The translations under genes were made by a program, and so were the position numbers. From positions 149,859-213,858 of the forward strand of contig CAWBEI010000002.1 of NCBI GenBank assembly GCA_963787835.1: a DNA stretch of 64,000 nucleotides, given 5' to 3'. The number at the start of each line of letters is the position of its first letter. Positions within the stretch are counted from its first letter, which is position 1. This document shows positions 17,711 to 25,240 of this stretch, one piece after another. A model generated the notes under the pieces. That model had not been told where the DNA came from, searched no databases, and saw nothing but the letters and a program-made list of their open reading frames with translations. Source of the DNA: Ignavibacteriota bacterium (GTDB taxonomy: Bacteria; Bacteroidota; Ignavibacteria; Palsa-1295).

Positions 17711-18925
17711 TTAAAAATGATACGACCCGCTCACCATGGGGATCACCTCGAAGGGCGCATTGAACACATACTGCCCTAATGTTTCCATATTGCTCGCTCC
17801 TGCTTTGTAGAGCGAAAAGACCACCGCCGCATCGATCGTGAGATCGTTCTGGAAATACCGGACGGAAAAAATGGTTGGAACAATTCCAAAATCCTGAATA
17901 AAATAGAGCTCCAGCGCTACCTTCAAGTTCTCGCCCACCCGCATATCTCCGGCAAAGCCAAAAAAGGAATTCTTAGGATAATACAAGGCGCCCGATGAAT
18001 CGATCACGCCGCTTTGATAGGACATCCCCACCAGCAGCGTCAATTCGGATTCCCATGTTCCGTAGGTAGCCGCAAGATACGGGAATGCGATGTGCGTTGT
18101 GTTCACAACCTTCGAATAAATATCCTGAAATCCAGCGGAAACATTGAGCACATCCGAACCATAGGGAGTGATCTTTATGCCGCCGGTCATCGCCGTCACG
18201 GTGGTCGGCAAAAAAGGTGCAAGAACCCCGCCCGCATTCAGGCTGATCCAATCCGTGACGCCATAATTGGCTTGCAAGCCTGCGACCATATAATCATTCA
18301 GGAAGAAATTACCTTCCCCGAAGGAGCGCGCCGTTGGCAAAAGAAAATCCTGCGAGGATTCGGGATCTTTCGCAACATAATACTTGGAGGTCGCAAAATC
18401 CTCGCGCCGGTCATTCTGTCCGGACCAATTATCGACATATTGCAAGTCCGGGTAGGTAAAGAAGAGATTCCCATAATCAGTTGCGAGGATCACATGCGCG
18501 GTATCGTCAAAAATATATCGGTGCCCTTTGAAAATATCGAAATCCTTCGTAGCAACGGTGGAAGTATCCGGCATTTTCGGCTTTCGGAGAAAGCGCATCA
18601 CCTCATTGGTTTGCACATCGGTAATATTTTTTAGCGCAGCAGATTTCATATCCCCCTTTTGCACCCAATTATACCGGTAGTCGATCGCATAATTGATGCG
18701 GTCGATGGGAATTTCGAGTCGTCCATAGGCGGTTTCGACAATAAATCGGTCTGGCAAAGGTCTCGCGAGAACGGTCACATAAAATTCCGAAGAATCGAAC
18801 ATGACGAGCTTCACATAACTATCCGGTGTAAGCTGGTCGGGAGGCATTTGGGCTATGACCCGATGCGAAAGTAGCAGCAGAATGAATAGTGTGAGCAAAG
18901 TCCTCAACAAGCTATTAAATGTCAT
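17711..18925 (-). CDS. hypothetical secreted/outer-membrane protein (real start MTFNSLLRTLLTLFILLLLSHRVIAQ)
   Basis: It has a signal peptide and is beta-rich with a C-terminal aromatic residue. The ORF-track N-terminal extension to 19090 is a translation of a REP-like element. Confidence 0.5.
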   Translation of the reverse strand: MTFNSLLRTLLTLFILLLLSHRVIAQMPPDQLTPDSYVKLVMFDSSEFYVTVLARPLPDRFIVETAYGRLEIPIDRINYAIDYRYNWVQKGDMKSAALKNITDVQTNEVMRFLRKPKMPDTSTVATKDFDIFKGHRYIFDDTAHVILATDYGNLFFTYPDLQYVDNWSGQNDRREDFATSKYYVAKDPESSQDFLLPTARSFGEGNFFLNDYMVAGLQANYGVTDWISLNAGGVLAPFLPTTVTAMTGGIKITPYGSDVLNVSAGFQDIYSKVVNTTHIAFPYLAATYGTWESELTLLVGMSYQSGVIDSSGALYYPKNSFFGFAGDMRVGENLKVALELYFIQDFGIVPTIFSVRYFQNDLTIDAAVVFSLYKAGASNMETLGQYVFNAPFEVIPMVSGSYHF

Positions 18926-19066
18926 CCTGAGCGGAGCAAAACGGAGCGATAGCGTAGTTTTGCTCAGTCGAAGGATCTCCGGACATTCATCACTCAGCTG
19001 AGCTGCATGGGATCCTTCGACTCCGTTCGCCCCTCCTTCGTCGGGCCGAACTCCGCTCAGGATGAC
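18921..19066. repeat. REP-like palindromic element, family 1 (GTCATCCTGAGCGGAGC…GCTCAGGATGAC), copy A
   Basis: It is an imperfect ~145-bp palindrome. Related copies are at 34647-34774 and 53666-53810. Confidence 0.8.
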
Positions 19067-19086
19067 AATCATTAAATTTACTACTC

Positions 19087-19650
19087 TCACTTCTTTATCC
19101 TTCCCGGATTCATTTCCACAAATTGCTTCCAGTTCTTGGAAGAAGCTTTCGCGGCTGTGGACGAACTGCCGTTCCGAAATCGCGCCGCGTGCGTGATCGC
19201 AACCGCGAGCGCATCATACGCGTCCGGTAGTTTCTTATCCGCAGGTTTTAATCCTAATAATGAACGAACCATGAATTCCACTTGCTCCTTCGAGGCATTT
19301 CCGTTCCCAACGACGGCCCGTTTTATTTCGCGTGGCGCATATTCTGCGGGCGGAACATCCTTGAGCATGCTCGCCAGCATCGCTACGCCGCGCGCATGAC
19401 CTAACTTCAGCGTCGATTGCACATTCTTGTGATAGAATGCCGATTCGATCGCAACCGCATCGGGGTTTGCGCGCTCGATCACCGCCGTGAGCCTTGTAAA
19501 AATAACACGCAGCCGAACGGCCAGAGTTGCAATCCGTTTGGATTCGATGGTGCCATATTCCACCAGCTCGAAGCTGTTCCCGTTGCTGCTCGATTGGATC
19601 ACCCCGTATCCGGTAACCAACGTGCCTGGGTCGATGCCGAGTATCTTCAT
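19087..19650 (-). CDS. ruvC: crossover junction endodeoxyribonuclease RuvC
   Basis: The N-terminus MKILGIDPGTLVTGYGV and the overall pattern match RuvC. Confidence 0.9.
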   Translation of the reverse strand: MKILGIDPGTLVTGYGVIQSSSNGNSFELVEYGTIESKRIATLAVRLRVIFTRLTAVIERANPDAVAIESAFYHKNVQSTLKLGHARGVAMLASMLKDVPPAEYAPREIKRAVVGNGNASKEQVEFMVRSLLGLKPADKKLPDAYDALAVAITHAARFRNGSSSTAAKASSKNWKQFVEMNPGRIKK

Positions 19651-20504
19651 TGTGGTAACCTCAGCCGGTTCTTCACCCAAACATTCAGTGCGATCCGTAT
19701 TTTTTGGAAATTCGAAAATCTGATACGCTCGGCAAAAACATTAAATCTTGATTTCTCGATCTTGGTCAAAAGCCGGAAATAGATCGCGTCCATGATCTGC
19801 GCAGCAACCATGGATCGCCGTTCATCCGGTAGAAGCAACGAGTGCGCTTTTGAATAAAATTCTCGCGCCCGCTCTGCCTCGAATTTCATCACGGCTATGA
19901 ACCGCTCATCATATAGCGAGGATATAATACTTTGCTCGTCGTATCCGAATTTGTGGAGATCTTCGAGCGGTAAATATATTCTATTATTTGCCGCATCCTG
20001 TTTTACATCACGCAGGATGTTCGTAAGCTGAAGTGCGTAGCCAAGCTGGACAGCATATTCCCGGGTTTCTTCGTGCTTGAACCCAAATACTTGAATGGAG
20101 ATCAACCCGACTACGCTTGCAACCGCATAACAATACTCTAGAAGTTCCTCGAAGGTTTCGTATCGCGTTTGATGGAGATCCATCTCCACGCCATCAGTGA
20201 GTGTCAGAAGATACTCTTTCGGAATCTCATATTCATGAATAATATCTCTTAAAGAAATCATCACGGGATGTGTTGGCTTGCCGTTGTAACACGCTTCTAT
20301 CTCCATGCGCCATGTTCGGATGCGCTCTTGCTTTTCTTCGACAGATGCGTTATCTTCATCCACGAGGTCATCCGTGTATCGGCAGAAATCATAGATACGG
20401 AGCATGGCTTCGCGCTTCCGTTTTGGCAGAAGCATGAAGGAAAAGAAAAAATTACTGCGACGTGAGCCAGAGTGAGCAGATGCCATTGGCATGTGCAACA
20501 GCAA
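19647..20504 (-). CDS. hpnD: squalene/phytoene synthase family protein (HpnD/CrtB-like)
   Basis: Two motifs are present: YDFCRYTDDLVDE and YALQLTNILRDVKQDAANNRIYLP. Confidence 0.7.
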   Translation of the reverse strand: MLLHMPMASAHSGSRRSNFFFSFMLLPKRKREAMLRIYDFCRYTDDLVDEDNASVEEKQERIRTWRMEIEACYNGKPTHPVMISLRDIIHEYEIPKEYLLTLTDGVEMDLHQTRYETFEELLEYCYAVASVVGLISIQVFGFKHEETREYAVQLGYALQLTNILRDVKQDAANNRIYLPLEDLHKFGYDEQSIISSLYDERFIAVMKFEAERAREFYSKAHSLLLPDERRSMVAAQIMDAIYFRLLTKIEKSRFNVFAERIRFSNFQKIRIALNVWVKNRLRLPQ

Positions 20505-20513
20505 CTTTGAACG

Positions 20514-21383
20514 CTAAACTCCGCTACGGTTAGTGAATGCGGATAGAAGCATCTTCAATTTTTCAAGCATAGATAGCGTGGGCCGCTCCTCAATGGTATT
20601 CCCATTTATTGCTCGAATCTTCCCGATCATCATTCTTGCACCTGTTAGAACGGCACGAAGCTCCATTCGAAGGCGTCCGCTCACGCTTGCAGGAAGTGCA
20701 GCACCATTCGCGAGCAGTTGTTCGATTCTATCGCATTCGAAGAGGATCAATCTGTCCGTCATCGAAGAATTCAATACTTCATCGGCGGTTTCGATGCCGA
20801 ATGACTGGAAATCTTCTCGTGGGAAATAGCAGCGATTCTGGGTAAGATCGTCTTTAGCATCCTGAAGAAAATTGATAAGTTGCAATGCGGTGCAAATATC
20901 GTTCGACCACCCTATTCGTTCCTGATCCCGATAGCCAAACAGCGCCAGCACTAACTGCCCCACGGGTTCGGCGGAACGCATGGTGTACCAGTGCAGATCA
21001 TCATACGTATCGAAACGAACGTTGCCACGGGCATCGAATTCGAATGCATCGACCAGCATATCGAATGGCTGAATCGCAAGACTAAATTTTTGAACAGTAT
21101 CCTGTAATGCGAGAAAGATGGAATCGCTGGGCTGCTCGTTCTTATAGATGGAATGAAGCATTGTGCGCCAATCTGCAAGCAAAACAAGCCGTTCTTCGCT
21201 CGAACGATGTGGGAGATCGGCAAAATCATCCGCGGTGCGCATGAAGGCATAGAGCGCGTAGAAATACTTGCGAAGTTTGCCTGGAATCAGCACGGAGCCA
21301 ACGGGAAAATTCTCGTAATGGCCAGTGGCAATTTGCCGGCAATGTTCGTAGGCTTCGTTGGGGGATGGGTTTGTCACGCCCAA
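20514..21383 (-). CDS. hpnC: squalene synthase HpnC-like (trans-isoprenyl diphosphate synthase family)
   Basis: Motifs present are HYENFPVGS, YAFMRTADDFAD and LQLINFLQDAKDD. Confidence 0.65.
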   Translation of the reverse strand: MGVTNPSPNEAYEHCRQIATGHYENFPVGSVLIPGKLRKYFYALYAFMRTADDFADLPHRSSEERLVLLADWRTMLHSIYKNEQPSDSIFLALQDTVQKFSLAIQPFDMLVDAFEFDARGNVRFDTYDDLHWYTMRSAEPVGQLVLALFGYRDQERIGWSNDICTALQLINFLQDAKDDLTQNRCYFPREDFQSFGIETADEVLNSSMTDRLILFECDRIEQLLANGAALPASVSGRLRMELRAVLTGARMMIGKIRAINGNTIEERPTLSMLEKLKMLLSAFTNRSGV

Positions 21384-21385
21384 TC

Positions 21386-21787
21386 CTACTTCAATAATGC
21401 GACAAAACCAGCTTGCTCAAAATGTTTATCGCCGGTGAGCGCTTCTTTAATACCCTGATCGCGCATGACGATAAAGGATGTGCAGTCTGTAAGTGACCAT
21501 TCTTTATCAGAATGTCGATGATAATAATGGAGAGCATGGTCGAAAAGATCTCGACTGGCTTCGAGTACTTCACAGTGAGGTAGTGATCTTAAATAAAGGA
21601 AATAGTCGCGTGCTTGATCGCGTACTTCTGAACCGGCTAAAGCATCCGCTACTTCCATCAGTACCCAGTCGGTTGTGACGAGACTGGCCCGCATGGTTTT
21701 TGAAAACTCAATCACACGATCGTGATGTTGATCCTCCTGATTGATCCGAGCAATGAAATAATAAGCATCAGCAAAAAATACTCTCAT
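21386..21787 (-). CDS. PIN-domain toxin (VapC-like)
   Basis: 133 aa with a PIN acidic-residue pattern. It overlaps the upstream small gene by 4 nt. Confidence 0.7.
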   Translation of the reverse strand: MRVFFADAYYFIARINQEDQHHDRVIEFSKTMRASLVTTDWVLMEVADALAGSEVRDQARDYFLYLRSLPHCEVLEASRDLFDHALHYYHRHSDKEWSLTDCTSFIVMRDQGIKEALTGDKHFEQAGFVALLK

Positions 21788-22005
21788 TTTTTCGGATGCC
21801 CGTGGACGTAATGATCGATATTCGCCGCTAAGTCTGGCGGAAGATCAGTAGCAATGCCATCCCATTTCTTTAGCATTTCGTACAGCGTAGGGATTTCTTC
21901 CTCTTCAGGTATCACGCGCACGGTCATCCCATCCGGCCAGTCCACGTCAGGCGGCATGACAACGTGGCCTTTTTCGATTTTCGCTGTTATTGGTTGGTAT
22001 GTCAT
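21784..22005 (-). CDS. putative antitoxin (VapB-like) partner of the PIN protein
   Basis: 73-aa ORF upstream of and overlapping the PIN gene. This is the canonical TA arrangement. Confidence 0.5.
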   Translation of the reverse strand: MTYQPITAKIEKGHVVMPPDVDWPDGMTVRVIPEEEEIPTLYEMLKKWDGIATDLPPDLAANIDHYVHGHPKK

Positions 22006-22126
22006 AATATCACCATGTTTACAATAACGCAGGTTCAGAGTAGGAAATTCATTCCGTAAAGTTCAACCCCATGCAAGAAATGCCTCGGAGCCGAACGGCA
22101 TTCATTTACGTTTAGGCGCTTGATAT

Positions 22127-23149
22127 ATGGAAGCTCGCCGAAACGCCGCCTCAAGTCGTCAATCCGCTTGGATTCACCGGTTCGCTATTTTCACAGCAGT
22201 GTGCTGTTTTGCGCTGCTATTTATTGGTGGGCTTGTGACAAGCCATCAGGCCGGGCTATCCGTCCCCGACTGGCCGACGAGTTATGGCTGGAACATGTTC
22301 ACCTTCCCGATGAAAGATTGGACGGGCAACATTTTTTACGAGCACACGCATCGGCTGTTCGCATCGTTCGTCGGCTTTCTTATTCTTGCTCTCGCGATCG
22401 TTCTGCAAATCTATGAGCCGCGCAAGTGGGTGAAGCGACTTGGGTGGTTCGCATTGGGTTGTGTGGTGATGCAAGGCGTTTTGGGTGGAATCACCGTGCT
22501 AACCTATCTTCCTCCTGCGGTTTCGAGCGCACATGCGGGGCTCGGGCAAGCGGTGTTTTGCTTAACCATCGGCATTGCAATGGTTACCGGTAAACGATGG
22601 GACAAACAAGGAACTAAGTGGAGTGAGCGGACGAAAGTTGGTGTTAGGATGCTTTCATTGATTACTGTATGCTGTATTTTCACTCAACTTATGATCGGTG
22701 CAGTGATGCGGCATACCTTTTCCGGCCTTGCTATCCCATCGTTCCCATTTGCACCGAATGGCAGTTTAATTCCCGATTTCACGTCCTTCGGCGTGGCGAT
22801 CAATTTTACTCACCGCGTTGGTGCATTTGTGGTTACGATCATGATGTTCCTTACAGCGCGCGCTATCTTTCGGTGGTATCCACGGGAAAGATCGCTGGTA
22901 TTTCCCATGATGTTTGCCATGCTCCTGCTTGGCATTCAGATCATGCTTGGCGCCATCACAATATGGAGCCAGAAAGCTGTTACGCCGACCACACTTCACG
23001 TCTCCTGTGGCGCGGCTATTCTGGGAACGATGGTTTATATTATGGTAAAAAGCCGGCACATGTTGGCGGCTAAGGCAGAGAACGTGACCTATGCCAGCGA
23101 AGGGAGACATACTTTAAGCGAGAAAATAGCTTCGGCATCGGTAAAATAA
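22127..23149 (+). CDS. ctaA: heme A synthase (CtaA/COX15 family)
   Basis: It is a polytopic membrane protein with conserved His/Cys loops. It is adjacent to ctaB. Confidence 0.75.
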   Translation: MEARRNAASSRQSAWIHRFAIFTAVCCFALLFIGGLVTSHQAGLSVPDWPTSYGWNMFTFPMKDWTGNIFYEHTHRLFASFVGFLILALAIVLQIYEPRKWVKRLGWFALGCVVMQGVLGGITVLTYLPPAVSSAHAGLGQAVFCLTIGIAMVTGKRWDKQGTKWSERTKVGVRMLSLITVCCIFTQLMIGAVMRHTFSGLAIPSFPFAPNGSLIPDFTSFGVAINFTHRVGAFVVTIMMFLTARAIFRWYPRERSLVFPMMFAMLLLGIQIMLGAITIWSQKAVTPTTLHVSCGAAILGTMVYIMVKSRHMLAAKAENVTYASEGRHTLSEKIASASVK

Positions 23150-24055
23150 ATGGAGAATACTGCAAAGCTTGATTCCCCGGCAGCCCCACCATCCTTCGAT
23201 TGGCGGCAGCTTCTGCGGGATTTCTACGATCTTTCGAAACCTGGCATTGGATTTTATTCCCTGCTAACAACAGCCACCTCGTTCTGGCTTGCCTCCACGG
23301 AATTTAATCTCGTCCTTTTCATTCACACGATGATCGCAACCGGGCTTGTAACCTGTGGCGGCGGCGCGTTGAATCAAGTGATCGAGATCGAGGCAGATTC
23401 TCAGATGCGGCGTACCGAGAAGCGTCCGCTTCCATCTGGCAGAGTGTCACCTACTGCCGGCCTTGCGTTCGGGGTACTTGCATCTCTGGCTGGGGCGGTT
23501 TATATGCTAACCTTTGTTGGAAGTTTGGCAAGTATTCTTGCCATTCTGACACTTCTTGGATATTTATTCGTCTATACTCCGCTGAAGAAACGGACGCATC
23601 TTTCCACGCTTGTGGGTGCGTTCCCGGGAGCAGTTCCCATCCTGATCGGCTGGGCGGCCGCGCGCGGGTCGCTGAATGTAGAGGCATGGTCGTTGTTTGC
23701 AATATTGTTCCTGTGGCAGATCCCCCATTTCCTCGCCATTGCGTGGATGTACCGTAAGGATTACGCCCGCGCAGGGTTCCCGATGCTCACCGTTATCGAT
23801 CCGGAAGGCTCCCGTGTCGCCTTTCAAGCCCTGAGTTACACGCTTGTCCTTATTCCTGTCAGTTTATTACCGTCGCTTCTGAAATTGACAGGGCCGATCT
23901 ATTTCGGCGGAGCATTGCTATTGGGAGTCGGCTTTACCATCGCCGCAATTCGCATCGTGAGTGCGCGCACGAATACCACTGCGAAACAACTGCTCTTTGC
24001 CTCGATCATTTATTTGCCGGTTCTGCTCGCACTGATGGCGATCGATAAGCAATGA
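23150..24055 (+). CDS. ctaB: protoheme IX farnesyltransferase (heme O synthase, UbiA family)
   Basis: The pattern is a UbiA prenyltransferase (…LKKRTHLSTLVGAFPGAVPILIGWAA…). Confidence 0.85.
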   Translation: MENTAKLDSPAAPPSFDWRQLLRDFYDLSKPGIGFYSLLTTATSFWLASTEFNLVLFIHTMIATGLVTCGGGALNQVIEIEADSQMRRTEKRPLPSGRVSPTAGLAFGVLASLAGAVYMLTFVGSLASILAILTLLGYLFVYTPLKKRTHLSTLVGAFPGAVPILIGWAAARGSLNVEAWSLFAILFLWQIPHFLAIAWMYRKDYARAGFPMLTVIDPEGSRVAFQALSYTLVLIPVSLLPSLLKLTGPIYFGGALLLGVGFTIAAIRIVSARTNTTAKQLLFASIIYLPVLLALMAIDKQ

Positions 24056-24115
24056 CAGCGTTCGGGATGTGAACTAAATGATCTACCGCTGCTTTTATAG
24101 CATGGGAGAACGAAT

Positions 24116-24667
24116 ATGCTGGAAACCATAGAAAAACGGGCAACGATCCAGGACTACGAGCGTCTCGAAGAAGGTGCGCCCTATCAACTGATTGGCGGAG
24201 AATTAATTATGACCCCGAGTCCCAGCTTTTTTCATCAGAGAATTCAATACCGACTTGCAAATGCACTCGGTACCTTCGTTGAGAAGAATAGACTCGGTAT
24301 TCTTGTCGGTGCACCGCTCGACGTCTATTTAAGCGATGAAGATGTCTATCAACCCGATCTCATCTTTATTCGCGCAGACCGGGCACACAATCTCCAAAAA
24401 GATAAGCTCCATATTATCCCCGATCTTGTCATTGAAGTGCTTTCATCTTCCACGGCTTATTATGACTTTACACGCAAGAAGGAAATGTATTGCACGCACG
24501 GTGTATCGGAATATTGGATCGTTGATCCTGAAGCCGAAACAATCGAAATGATGGTCAAGCGCGGTGAGATTTACCAAACGGAACAATTGCTGCACAAAAC
24601 CGGTACATTGGAATCCTCGATGTTTCCTGCCTTTAGCATGAAAATACAGGACGTTTTTGAATTCTAA
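24116..24667 (+). CDS. Uma2-family endonuclease (DUF820)
   Basis: The motif …YQLIGGELIMTPSPSFFHQRIQYRL…QPDLIFI… is present. Confidence 0.75.
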   Translation: MLETIEKRATIQDYERLEEGAPYQLIGGELIMTPSPSFFHQRIQYRLANALGTFVEKNRLGILVGAPLDVYLSDEDVYQPDLIFIRADRAHNLQKDKLHIIPDLVIEVLSSSTAYYDFTRKKEMYCTHGVSEYWIVDPEAETIEMMVKRGEIYQTEQLLHKTGTLESSMFPAFSMKIQDVFEF

Positions 24668-24747
24668 AGAACAATGAATGTGTCTTTTCTTTCACGAACT
24701 GGTACCACATTCTCCATGTTTACTTTATTTAAGGGTTTAAAAGCAGG

Positions 24748-25155
24748 ATGAAACGCAAACATATTATCGCTCTCGTCGTCGCGGTCGCATTTATCGGTAT
24801 TGCGGCATTTGCGTTGATCGATAATAAGGTCGATTACTCGGATTTTGAAAAGGCTGCATCGAGCGGGCGGCGCACCCAGGTATCCGGAACCTATGATAAA
24901 GATAAAGGCGCTCAGTATGACGCAAATTCCAACACGTTCTCCTTTTTCATGAAAGATCGTGCCGGGCACGAAATGCCGGTTAAATATGCAGGCATGAAGC
25001 CGAACAACTTCGAGATCGCGCCTAGCGTCGTCTGTGTTGGAAAAGTCGAAAGCGGTGTATTCGAAGCCACGGATATTCAGACCAAATGTCCATCGCGGTA
25101 CGAGGGTTCTGGCAAGATGAATACAAATGTAACAAGTCAGTCCGGCCAATCATGA
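24748..25155 (+). CDS. ccmE: CcmE-like heme chaperone (CxxxY variant)
   Basis: It has an N-terminal TM anchor, an OB-fold-like body and a C-terminal KCPSRYEG motif. It is adjacent to ccmF. Confidence 0.55.
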   Translation: MKRKHIIALVVAVAFIGIAAFALIDNKVDYSDFEKAASSGRRTQVSGTYDKDKGAQYDANSNTFSFFMKDRAGHEMPVKYAGMKPNNFEIAPSVVCVGKVESGVFEATDIQTKCPSRYEGSGKMNTNVTSQSGQS

Positions 25156-25173
25156 GGTCAACTCGACCGATGA

Positions 25174-25211
25174 GATTGCTTCGTCGTCCCTCTCGGGCTC
25201 CTCGCAATGAC
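25174..25211. repeat. REP-like element family 2 half-site (GATTGCTTCGTCGTCCCTC…CTCGCAATGAC)
   Basis: It is related to the full palindrome at 39776-39882 and to 50988-51029. Confidence 0.6.
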
Positions 25212-25240
25212 GGTCTTAATTCTTAATTTTTAATTCTCAA

